From an uncultured Pleurocapsa sp. (GTDB lineage: Bacteria; Chloroflexota; Anaerolineae; Aggregatilineales; Phototrophicaceae), in the NCBI GenBank assembly GCA_964614405.1, contig CAZTLS010000012.1, positions 1,678 through 65,677 of the forward strand: DNA of 64,000 nucleotides. Direction: 5' to 3'. Below are positions 31,107-39,951 of the stretch, one piece after another. The number at the start of each line of letters is the position of its first letter. The stretch's first letter is position 1. The notes beneath the pieces are model-generated. The model was not told the origin of the DNA and did no database searches. It worked only from the letters and a program-made list of their open reading frames with translations. Both the position numbers and the translations under genes were made by a program.

Positions 31107-31940
31107 TCAGCGACCGAGTCCCTGCTCCGCCAGCCAGCGCATCGACGGGCGAATGTCCTGCACGTCGTTCATCTCCAGGATCAGGCGCGGATTGGCGCTG
31201 CTGTGCGCCAGAGCGCGGAAGAACGGACGCCAGGCGATCGTCCCCTCACCGATCGCCCAGTGGCGATCGTCGTGCCCGTCGGTATCCTGCAGATGCACGT
31301 GCGCCAGCAGGTCGCCCGCTTCCTCGACCCACTGCTGAGGCGGCGCGCCACCCATCGCTTCCATGATTTTGACATGCCCCACGTCGATGCTGAGGCGGAC
31401 GTGCGGCGAACTGTACGCACGGATGAAGTCGAGCAGCGGGCGCGGGTTGGCGTCGGCGATCGTCTCGATGACCAGCGTGCAGCCCATCGCCTCCGCCTGC
31501 GGCAGCAGTGCATCCAGCACCGGGCGCAGCCCGTTGGCGACCCACGCGCGCGCCTTCTCGGTCGAATAGCACACCATCGGCGAACCGAACCAGGTGAACG
31601 GGCTGTGCAGCACGGCGTGCGTCGCACCGATCGCCTTGCCGAAATCGAGACTCTGGCGCAGCCGTTCGATGACCACCGCGCGAATCTTCTCGTCACCCGT
31701 ACTCAAATCCAGCCCCCAGAAGGCAGCGTGAATGCCCAGACGCCCGGTATAGCCTGCCGAGTCCAGCAGCGCGCGGCACTGCGCCGCTTCAGCCGACCAG
31801 TCGGCGTCGAGATAGCCCAGATACGCCGGGTCCTGAATTTCCAGATCGCGCGCATCGGCGGCGAGCCAGTCGATGAATTCCGGCAGTTCGGCGGCGCGCA
31901 TCGCCCCACCGATGACGGGCACGGTATGCTGCTGAGACAT
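31107..31940 (-). CDS. Sugar phosphate isomerase/epimerase (AP endonuclease 2 TIM barrel) family protein
   Basis: GIHAAF, VIET, SIDVGH, HVHLQDTDG..D.HWAIGEG, ILE metal-binding motifs. Confidence 0.88.
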   Translation of the reverse strand: MSQQHTVPVIGGAMRAAELPEFIDWLAADARDLEIQDPAYLGYLDADWSAEAAQCRALLDSAGYTGRLGIHAAFWGLDLSTGDEKIRAVVIERLRQSLDFGKAIGATHAVLHSPFTWFGSPMVCYSTEKARAWVANGLRPVLDALLPQAEAMGCTLVIETIADANPRPLLDFIRAYSSPHVRLSIDVGHVKIMEAMGGAPPQQWVEEAGDLLAHVHLQDTDGHDDRHWAIGEGTIAWRPFFRALAHSSANPRLILEMNDVQDIRPSMRWLAEQGLGR

Positions 31941-32045
31941 GGCGGTGAACCCTTTCGCTGAGTCAGAAGTGACTCGTTCAGTGTAGCGCAGGTGTGCTAA
32001 CGGGGGGTTAAGCCTGTGTCAGGGGATGTCCGGTCTGTGCGCCAG

Positions 32046-32075
32046 TTGACGCCGCCCGTCGCTTGTGGATACAAT
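32046..32075 (+). promoter_or_regulatory. Putative sigma70 promoter of the gcv operon
   Basis: TTGACG-18 nt-TACAAT just upstream of the riboswitch. Confidence 0.6.
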
Positions 32076-32084
32076 ACATCTATT

Positions 32085-32257
32085 CACACCGAGAGCGCAG
32101 CGCACACGCTGCCGCCGAAGGGGCAAGCCGATCCGCACAGGCTGGGGCGGGCGGGCGAAACTCTCAGGCTTCCGGGAGGTGTGAAGCGCGGTATGTTCTG
32201 AAACCGGGCGCACCGCCGCCCGTGACAGAGCGCACAGCAGCCTGCTGTGCGCTTTTT
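32085..32257 (+). promoter_or_regulatory. Glycine riboswitch (singlet) with overlapping intrinsic terminator
   Basis: GAGAG..GCCGAAGG.GCAA..AAACTCTCAGG..GACAGAG consensus upstream of gcvH; GCGCACAGCAG/CTGCTGTGCGC-T6 terminator overlaps the 3' end. Confidence 0.85.
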
Positions 32258-32301
32258 TGTTTCTGATCCGCCCTGACCGACCTGCAAGGAGTGTTCGAGC
32301 G

Positions 32302-32691
32302 ATGGCGCAACTGAAAACCCCGACCGACCTGAAATACCAGAAGTCTGACGAATGGATTCGCATCGAAGGCGATACCGCCACCATCGGCATCACCGATTAC
32401 GCCCAGGACGCCCTGAATGACGTGGTGTTCGTCGAACTGCCTGAAGTGGGCAAAACGTTTGCGGCGGGCGACGTGTTCGGCACGGTCGAGTCGGTCAAAG
32501 CCGCCTCCGACCTGATGATGCCGCTGGGTGGCACAGTCACCGAGGTCAATACCACCCTCAAGCAGCGCCCGGACAATATCAATGCCGACCCGTATGGCGA
32601 CGGCTGGATCATCCGCATCAAACTGGACGGCGGGGACAACCCCAACCTGCTCGACGCCGACGCCTACATCGCCTGGAACGCCACCCGCTGA
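32302..32691 (+). CDS. gcvH: Glycine cleavage system H protein
   Basis: IGITDYAQ..L.DVVFVELP, lipoyl-Lys motif VESVKAASD, NADPYGDGWI. Confidence 0.96.
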   Translation: MAQLKTPTDLKYQKSDEWIRIEGDTATIGITDYAQDALNDVVFVELPEVGKTFAAGDVFGTVESVKAASDLMMPLGGTVTEVNTTLKQRPDNINADPYGDGWIIRIKLDGGDNPNLLDADAYIAWNATR

Positions 32692-32748
32692 GACCCGCCT
32701 CCATCCCCCGCCCCATCGGGTCAAACGGGCGCGGGATGGGCGATGTCC

Positions 32749-32820
32749 TGTAGGGACGCCCCCTGAGGCGTCCGTATGGGCAACCGCAGCGCACGGGCGA
32801 CCCACCGGGTCGCCCCGACA
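32749..32820. repeat. Inverted GTAG-type REP doublet
   Basis: GTAG-GGACGCC-6 nt-GGCGTCC and inverted GGGCGACCC-ACC-GGGTCGCCC-CGAC (degenerate GTCG foot). Confidence 0.7.
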
Positions 32821-32891
32821 TGTCATGACCTGTTTTCCTGATTGACCATTATCTCGTGATTGTGTGATTGCCAGTTACTGAGGACAACACC

Positions 32892-34229
32892 GTGAGTTAC
32901 ATCCCGCACACCGATCTCGAACGCCAGCAGATGCTGGCGGCGATCGGCGTCACCACCATCGAAGACCTGTTCACCGCCGTGCCCGCGCGCCACCGCTTTC
33001 CGTCGCTCGACCTGCCCGCCCCTGCCGCCGAAATGGATGTGGCGGCGGAGGTGCAGGCGCTCGCCGAAGCCAACGATCACGCGGGCGAGTTCAGCCTGTT
33101 TCGCGGGGCGGGCGCGTACCATCACTACACCCCTGCCGCCGTCAACCACATCCTGCTGCGCGGCGAATTCTACACCGCCTACACCCCGTATCAGCCGGAG
33201 ATGAGCCAGGGCACGCTCCAGGCGATCTTTGAATACCAAACGATGATCGCCCAGCTCACGGGCATGGACGGGGCGAACGCCAGCCATTACGACGGCGCGA
33301 CCAGCCTCGCTGAAGCGGTCACCGTTGCGCTGGAGGCGACGCGCCGCGCCCGCAAAAAGATCGTCCTCAGCCGGGGCATCCACCCGCAGTACCGCGCCGT
33401 GCTGCGGACGTATCACCAGTGGGCGGGGCTGAACATCACGGGCGATGACGCCGATCACGACTTCGAGGCACTGGCGAACCTGATTGACGGCGATACCGCG
33501 ATGGTGGCGATCGCCTACCCGGACTATTTCGGGCGCGTGCGCGATTTTCGCGCGCTGGCGGCGAAAGTGCGTGCGGCAGGCGCGCTGCTGTGCGTAGTCG
33601 CCAACCCGATGGCGCTGGCGCTGTTCAAAAGCCCTGGCGAACTGGGCGCGGACATCGTGGTCGGGGAGGGGCAGCCGCTCGGCATCCCGCTCAGCTACGG
33701 CGGACCGTATGTCGGCTTTTTCGCCACCAAAATGGCGAACATGCGCCGCATCGCCGGGCGCATCGTCGGCGAGACGGTCGATAAAACGGGTCAGAAGGCC
33801 TACGTGATGACGCTGCGCCCGCGCGAACAGGACATTCGCCGGGAGCGCGCCACGAGCAACATCTGCACCAATCAGGGGTTGATGGCGCTGGCGGCGACAG
33901 TGTACATGGCGCTGATGGGCAAAACGGGGCTGAAGCAGGCGGCGGCGCTGTGCTACCACCGCGCGCATTACGCCGCTGCGCGCATCGCCGCGCTGCCCGG
34001 CTACAGCGTCGATACCCGCGAGCCGTTCTTCCACGAGTTCGTGGTGCGCTGCCCCGTCCCGGTCGCGCAGATCAACGCCGCGCTGTACGAACACGGCATC
34101 ATCGGCGGGGTGGACCTGGGTGCAGACGATCCGGCGCTGGCGGATCACATGCTGCTGTGCGTCACTGAGATGAATCGCAAAGAAGAGATCGACACGCTGG
34201 TCGGCGTGCTGAGCGAGGTGAACCAATGA
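32892..34229 (+). CDS. gcvPA: Glycine dehydrogenase (decarboxylating) subunit 1
   Basis: YIPHT, FRGAGAYHH, TAYTPYQPEMSQG, NASHYDGA, REQDIRRERATSNICTNQ; GTG start. Confidence 0.96.
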   Translation: MSYIPHTDLERQQMLAAIGVTTIEDLFTAVPARHRFPSLDLPAPAAEMDVAAEVQALAEANDHAGEFSLFRGAGAYHHYTPAAVNHILLRGEFYTAYTPYQPEMSQGTLQAIFEYQTMIAQLTGMDGANASHYDGATSLAEAVTVALEATRRARKKIVLSRGIHPQYRAVLRTYHQWAGLNITGDDADHDFEALANLIDGDTAMVAIAYPDYFGRVRDFRALAAKVRAAGALLCVVANPMALALFKSPGELGADIVVGEGQPLGIPLSYGGPYVGFFATKMANMRRIAGRIVGETVDKTGQKAYVMTLRPREQDIRRERATSNICTNQGLMALAATVYMALMGKTGLKQAAALCYHRAHYAAARIAALPGYSVDTREPFFHEFVVRCPVPVAQINAALYEHGIIGGVDLGADDPALADHMLLCVTEMNRKEEIDTLVGVLSEVNQ

Positions 34230-35722
34230 CACAGACCATGCTGCACATACAGATTTCAGACACCATCTACGACAAGAGTGTGCCTGGGCGCGTGGGCGTG
34301 GTCATGCCTGCTCTCGACGTGCCCGTCGCCGACCTGCCCGCCGACCTGCTGCGCGACGACCTCGATCTGCCGGAGGTGAGCGAGCTTCAGGTCATCCGCC
34401 ATTTCGTCAACCTCAGCCAGAAGAATTACGCCATCGACAAAGGCTTCTATCCCCTCGGTTCATGTACCATGAAGTACAACCCGAAGGTCAACGAAGACCT
34501 GGCACGGCTGCCCGGTTTTGCCCACCTGCACCCGCTGACCGACGACGCTTCGGCGCAGGGCGCGCTGGCGCTCATGCACACGCTTCAGGGCTGGCTGGCG
34601 GAGATTTCCGGCTTCGCGGGCGTCAGCCTCGCTCCGGCGGCGGGCGCACAGGGCGAACTGGCGGGCATCCTGATGATCCGCGCCTATCACCACGCGCGCG
34701 GCGATCACGCCCGCACCAAAATCCTCGTCCCGAACAGCGCGCACGGCACGAACCCGGCGACGGTGAGCATGGCGGGCTTGCAGGTGGTCGAGCTGCCCTC
34801 GGACGAAAACGGCGATGTCGATCTGGCGGCGCTGCGCGCGGCGTGCGACGAGACGGTCGCCGGGATGATGATCACCGTGCCCAGCACGCTCGGCGTGTTC
34901 GACTCGCACATTGTTGAGGTCATCGAGGTGGTTCACGCCTGCGGCGGGCTGATGTACATGGACGGCGCGAACATGAATGCGCTGCTCGGCATCGTCAAGC
35001 CCGGCGAACTGGGCTTCGACGTGATGCACTACAACCTGCACAAGACCTTCTCCACCCCGCACGGCGGCGGCGGACCTGGCTGCGGCGCGGTCGGCGTCAA
35101 CGAGCGGCTGCTGCCGTACCTGCCCGGACCGATCTCGACCATTGCCGGGGAAGAGGACGGCACGCCGATCTACGCCCTGACGATGCCGCCGCAGTCGATC
35201 GGGCAGCTGAAGGCGTTTCAGGGCAATTTCGGCATGTTCGTGCGCGCCTATGCCTACATCCGCACCTACGGCGGATCGGGCTTGCGCGAGGTCTCGCGCC
35301 ATGCCGTGCTGAACGCCAACTACATCCGCGCGCGACTGCGCGGCACATACACCACCCCGGTCGATCGCATCTGCGCGCACGAGTTCGTCATCGAGGGGCA
35401 TTTCGACGGCGTGGAGAGCGTCCATGCGCTGGACATCAGCAAGCGCCTGATGGACTACGGCTTCCACCCGCCGACCAACTATTTCCCGCTGATCGTGCGC
35501 GAAGCGCTGCTGATCGAGCCGACCGAGACGGAGGACAAGGATACGCTCGATGCTTTCATCGACGCCATGCTGAACATCGCGCGTGAGGCGCATGAGCAGC
35601 CTAACCTGCTGACCGACGCACCGCACGTCACCCCGGTCGGTCGGCTGGACGAGGTGCGCGCCGCCAAGCAGTTGGTGCTGTGCTGCCGTCCGCTGCCCGC
35701 GTGGGAACTGGCGGGCGACTGA
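34226..35722 (+). CDS. gcvPB: Glycine dehydrogenase (decarboxylating) subunit 2
   Basis: YPLGSCTMKYNP, AGAQGE, SAHGTNPA, PLP-Lys motif NLHKTFSTPHGGGGPG, EPTETE; 4-bp overlap with gcvPA. Confidence 0.96.
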   Translation: MTQTMLHIQISDTIYDKSVPGRVGVVMPALDVPVADLPADLLRDDLDLPEVSELQVIRHFVNLSQKNYAIDKGFYPLGSCTMKYNPKVNEDLARLPGFAHLHPLTDDASAQGALALMHTLQGWLAEISGFAGVSLAPAAGAQGELAGILMIRAYHHARGDHARTKILVPNSAHGTNPATVSMAGLQVVELPSDENGDVDLAALRAACDETVAGMMITVPSTLGVFDSHIVEVIEVVHACGGLMYMDGANMNALLGIVKPGELGFDVMHYNLHKTFSTPHGGGGPGCGAVGVNERLLPYLPGPISTIAGEEDGTPIYALTMPPQSIGQLKAFQGNFGMFVRAYAYIRTYGGSGLREVSRHAVLNANYIRARLRGTYTTPVDRICAHEFVIEGHFDGVESVHALDISKRLMDYGFHPPTNYFPLIVREALLIEPTETEDKDTLDAFIDAMLNIAREAHEQPNLLTDAPHVTPVGRLDEVRAAKQLVLCCRPLPAWELAGD

Positions 35723-35756
35723 GCGCAACGCTTCCCCTCATGCGTCTGCACAGGCA

Positions 35757-35836
35757 ACCTCACCCCGTTTCGCTGCGCTCAACCGCCCCTCTCCGATGGA
35801 GAGGGGCAGGAAACCGCCAGGTTTCCGGGGTGAGGT
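35757..35836. repeat. 80-bp palindromic intergenic repeat, copy 2
   Basis: Reverse complement of 24362-24441 with one substitution. Confidence 0.9.
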
Positions 35837-35838
35837 CT

Positions 35839-36363
35839 TTATCCTGCCGCTGCACGGCTGCTGAGCGCGCCGTGCAGCGCACGGGCGATCGCCTGTGCCT
35901 GCGCCTCATTGTTCAGGTCGCCGACCACGCGCGCCGATTTGCCGTCGCTGAACAGCGCCACGACCGCGTAGCTGTTGCGCCGCTGCCCGGATGAGCCGGA
36001 CTGGTAGCGGCGCGCTTCTGCCCCTGTGATCGGCGCGCGCGGAAACGTCCGCCCCAGCCAGGGCAGCGGGGCGTGCGTCACCGTCAGACGGTCGGCGTCG
36101 AGGGTGATCTGCGAACGGTTGAAGAGCGTCGCCAGCGCCAGATAGAGCGCGAACGCCGCGACGCCCAGCACCGGGATGAGCAGCAGCCGTTCCGCCGGGT
36201 CGCTTTCCGGCGCGGCGGGCATGAGCGCAAAGCCGATCGTCATCCCCGACCACACCACCGCGAAGATGACCACCCCCAGCGAACGAAATCCGCGCCAGCG
36301 GTGCGTGACCACCAGCCTGCCGCTCTCCTGTGACACCTGCACATTGTCCGCGCTGCCAAACAT
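35839..36363 (-). CDS. Hypothetical membrane protein (two TM helices plus PH-like C-terminus)
   Basis: Two hydrophobic helices followed by NRSQITLD..LTVTHAPLPW; the family assignment is uncertain. Confidence 0.65.
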   Translation of the reverse strand: MFGSADNVQVSQESGRLVVTHRWRGFRSLGVVIFAVVWSGMTIGFALMPAAPESDPAERLLLIPVLGVAAFALYLALATLFNRSQITLDADRLTVTHAPLPWLGRTFPRAPITGAEARRYQSGSSGQRRNSYAVVALFSDGKSARVVGDLNNEAQAQAIARALHGALSSRAAAG

Positions 36364-36538
36364 GTCCGATCCCTCCCGTCGCTGTGAGGATAGAACGAAA
36401 TTCTTCTATCATACAGCGTTCGGACAAAAATCGCGCTGAATGGTTCAGCGTGCGCAGCAGTTGCATCGGCGGTCAAGCTCTGTTACGCTGTGCGCATCAG
36501 ACCTTCAGAATTTTAATGATGACAGAGATCAAAAGCTC

Positions 36539-37897
36539 ATGCCTACCATCCAACTGCACACCGAAGTACCCGGACCGAACAGCATCGCCTTAGCGAAGCG
36601 CCGTGAAGCTGCCACCTCGCGCGGGGCGGCGAAAGCCTCGCAGCTTGCCGTCGTGCGCGCACAGGGCGCTGCCGTCACCGATGCCGACGGCAACACGCTG
36701 CTCGATTTCGCGGGCGGCATCGGCACGCTGGCGGTCGGTCACTGCCCGCCGAACGTGGTCAGCGCGATTCAGGCGCAGGCGGCGGAGATGCTGCACTTCT
36801 GCGCCATCGTCGGCACGTATGAGCCGTATGTGCGCGTGGCGGAACTGATGAATGAGATCACGCCCGGCGATTTCGCCAAAAAGACGATCCTGCTCAACAG
36901 CGGGTCGGAGGCGAACGAGACGGCGATCAAGGTGGCGCGCAGCCACACCGGGCGTCCGGCGGTGATCGTGTTCGAGGGCGCGTATCACGGGCGCACCAAC
37001 CTGACGCTGGCGATGACCAGCAAGTATGGCTTGTTCAAGAAGGGTTTCGGACCCTATGCGCCGGAAATCTACCGCCTGCCCTTCCCGAACCTGTACCGCC
37101 GCCCGGCGGGGATGGACGCCGAGGCGTACATCGATGACTGCATCGCCAGGCTGGACAACGCGCTGATCGCTCAGGTCGATCCGAGCGCTGTCGCCGCCAT
37201 CGTCATCGAGACGGTGCAGGGTGAGGGCGGCTTCATCCCCGTGCCGCCGCGCTTCCTGAAGCGCATCCGCGAAATCTGTGACCAGCACGGCATCGTGATG
37301 ATCGCCGACGAGGTGCAGTGTGGGTTCGGGCGCACGGGCAGGTTGTTCGCCATCGAGCATTACGGCATCGTGCCCGACCTGATCGTGACCGCCAAATCGA
37401 TCGCCGCTGGGATGCCGCTGGCAGCCGTGACCGGGCGCGCCGAGATGATGGACTCGCCGCACCCTGGCGGTTTGGGCGGCACATACAGCGGCAACCCGGT
37501 GGCGTGCGCCGCTGCCATCGAGACGATCGAGATGATCCGCCAGCCGGAATTTCTCGATCGCGTCAACGCCATCGGCGCGCGGATGCGCCAGCATCTTGAC
37601 GCGCTCAACGCCGAGTCGGTGCTGGTGGACGATGTGCGCGGCTTGGGGGCGATGCTGCTGATCGAGATGGTGCAGAACCCGCTGACCAAACAGCCCGCGC
37701 CTGAACACACCCTTCAGGTGATTCAGGAAGCGCTGCGGCGCGGGGTGATCGCCCTGCGCGCGGGCTTGTACAGCAACTGTCTGCGCTTCCTGCCGCCGCT
37801 GATCATCACCGACGAGCAGATCGACGAGGGGATGGGCGTCATCGCCGATGCGGTGCGCGCCGTCGAAGACCGGATGCGCGTCCCCGCCCCGATGTGA
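36539..37897 (+). CDS. gabT: 4-aminobutyrate--2-oxoglutarate transaminase (class III PLP)
   Basis: DFAGGIG, NSGSEANETAIK, YHGRT, ETVQGEGG, DEVQCGFGRTG, AKSIAAGMPL, GGTYSGNP. Confidence 0.92.
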   Translation: MPTIQLHTEVPGPNSIALAKRREAATSRGAAKASQLAVVRAQGAAVTDADGNTLLDFAGGIGTLAVGHCPPNVVSAIQAQAAEMLHFCAIVGTYEPYVRVAELMNEITPGDFAKKTILLNSGSEANETAIKVARSHTGRPAVIVFEGAYHGRTNLTLAMTSKYGLFKKGFGPYAPEIYRLPFPNLYRRPAGMDAEAYIDDCIARLDNALIAQVDPSAVAAIVIETVQGEGGFIPVPPRFLKRIREICDQHGIVMIADEVQCGFGRTGRLFAIEHYGIVPDLIVTAKSIAAGMPLAAVTGRAEMMDSPHPGGLGGTYSGNPVACAAAIETIEMIRQPEFLDRVNAIGARMRQHLDALNAESVLVDDVRGLGAMLLIEMVQNPLTKQPAPEHTLQVIQEALRRGVIALRAGLYSNCLRFLPPLIITDEQIDEGMGVIADAVRAVEDRMRVPAPM

Positions 37898-37932
37898 CAG
37901 GCAGGGCGGGCGAGACCATCGCCCGCCCTGTT

Positions 37933-39741
37933 CTACCCCTCCAGATGGCGGATGACCATTGCGTCGTGGATGCGGTTGACGACCTTCAGCACCGCATCCG
38001 GGCAGTGATCGCCCACCGTGCCGCCCGCTTCGATGTATGCATCGCGCAGGATCGCGCCCCAGTTGCCGGTACTGCGCATTTTGGGATCGTAGATGAACTG
38101 TTCGATGTTGCGGGCGATGTGCCCGCTGGGCGGTTCGAGCATCCGGGTGAAGCTGGTGTACACCTCGTCGATGTCGCGCGGCATGATCTCCGGCAGTTCG
38201 TCGAGCGCCTTGTGCATGTAGCGGCGCTTCATCTCGTAAAACTCGACCATCGTCACCTGCCGCCCGCTGTTGAGCGTCAGCACCAGATCGCTGCACACGC
38301 GATCGCTGCGATCCTGTTCGGCGCGGAAGGCGTCGAGCGACATCGGACCGAACAGGTCCCACATGACCGGATCGTCGTGCATCGGTTCGAGATTGCAGCC
38401 GTGTTTGCGGAAATAGAGTTCGATGACGGCGTGGCTGAACTCGAAATCGGTCAGCACGGCAGCCATGCGCGACGGGCTGAGGTTGGTGGGCATTCCGGTC
38501 GATTCGACGGTGCAGACGCGCTTCGACGTGCCGAGGTCTGGGCGCAGCCGCCCGATCGGGTTGTGCATGAGCGAGATCGGGATGCCGAGATCGTCGTTGT
38601 ACATGATGGCGCGCCCGGTCGAGTTGGCGCGCTCCAGGCGCAGCAGTTCGCCGTACTTGTCCATGCCGCCTGGCATCAGGTGCGGGCTGAGCGGCAGGTC
38701 GAGATAGCGCCCGGTCACTGTCGCGCCGCGCACATACTCGCGCGTACACAGCAGTTCCGGGTCGCATGTGCCGTTGATGAACGGGCTGCCCTTCAGGAAG
38801 GCGGAATTGGCGATCGCCGTGCTGCTCTTCAGCACGGTGTGGAACGCCAGCAGCCCCAGCGCCTCGCTGCGCCCGGCGATGTCGATGTGGATGTGGCAGC
38901 CCTGATTGCGGAACATGTTGACGTAATGCGATCCGGCGGGATCGACATGGTAGCGCGCCTGTGCCGCTGCCAGCCGCCCGGCGTATTCAGGGAACAGCCC
39001 GTTGACCTCCAGCATGAGATCGACGGCGGTGTCTACCTTCGGATGATCGGTCATTTTGAAGTCGGACAGGGTGGGGTACGACGCCAGGATGAGCGTCCGC
39101 AGCCCGGTGTCGCGGCTGGACGCCATGAGCGCGCCGATCATGCCGTTGAGCGCCATGCGCGTCTTGTGATAGCCCAGGCTGGGCGCGACATGCGCCTCGA
39201 CCTGATAGGCGCACGCCTCACGGTCGAGGTTCGGGTAGATGCCGATCCGCAGCGCGTGCTGGTAGTATGCCGCCATGAAGCCGCGCACTTCCTCTTCCGT
39301 CGGCGATGACCCGTCGGCATGAACCAAGCCCAGCTCCAGCTCCGCGCCCAGCACGCGCAGGCGTGTGGTGGCGTCGTCGGTCTGGGCGATATTGGTGTGA
39401 TTGACCGACGGGTTGAGGTTGTAGGGGACAAGGCTTTCGAGAAAGGTGTGCCCGGCGCGGTAGCGGCTGCTGACGGCGCTCGCCAGCACGACCGGATGCC
39501 CGTTGATCGGGGTGACCAGCACGTTGCCGCCGCTGAGGTCATTCAGGTCGCCGTCATACAGCGGCACAACCGGCGCGCCAACCGCCTCGGAAAACGCCGC
39601 CAGCGGCAGGCGATCGCCCGCGCCGCCATCTGCGCGCAGGGCTTCGAGGGTGCGGTTGAAGTGACGCCGGGCGCGCTCCACGTCTTCCCAGGGGACTTCC
39701 TGACTGTAACTGGCTAATTCTGCGTTCGTCGGCAGCCTCAT
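37933..39741 (-). CDS. Divergent glutamate--cysteine ligase family 2 (GCS2/YbdK-like) carboxylate-amine ligase
   Basis: LGAELELGLV, QVEAH, GCHIHID, GSPFING and RLRP segments match the GCS2 metal/ATP motifs; long extra C-terminus. Confidence 0.6.
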   Translation of the reverse strand: MRLPTNAELASYSQEVPWEDVERARRHFNRTLEALRADGGAGDRLPLAAFSEAVGAPVVPLYDGDLNDLSGGNVLVTPINGHPVVLASAVSSRYRAGHTFLESLVPYNLNPSVNHTNIAQTDDATTRLRVLGAELELGLVHADGSSPTEEEVRGFMAAYYQHALRIGIYPNLDREACAYQVEAHVAPSLGYHKTRMALNGMIGALMASSRDTGLRTLILASYPTLSDFKMTDHPKVDTAVDLMLEVNGLFPEYAGRLAAAQARYHVDPAGSHYVNMFRNQGCHIHIDIAGRSEALGLLAFHTVLKSSTAIANSAFLKGSPFINGTCDPELLCTREYVRGATVTGRYLDLPLSPHLMPGGMDKYGELLRLERANSTGRAIMYNDDLGIPISLMHNPIGRLRPDLGTSKRVCTVESTGMPTNLSPSRMAAVLTDFEFSHAVIELYFRKHGCNLEPMHDDPVMWDLFGPMSLDAFRAEQDRSDRVCSDLVLTLNSGRQVTMVEFYEMKRRYMHKALDELPEIMPRDIDEVYTSFTRMLEPPSGHIARNIEQFIYDPKMRSTGNWGAILRDAYIEAGGTVGDHCPDAVLKVVNRIHDAMVIRHLEG

Positions 39742-39951
39742 CGCTGCGCTCCCTGTCTGTGATAAGAGGATGGCGGATCGACTTTTGTGTAAAGATTGTA
39801 CACAATCATCCCCGATTCTTGCCGATCGCGCCATACGCGAATCGCCGCCGGGCAGCCGGACGTACTCCCCTCAAGCTTGTGACTTTTTCACCCTGACCTT
39901 ATAATGTGGGATAATTCAGGAGGATTTTGGGATAATAAAAGGAATCCCACG

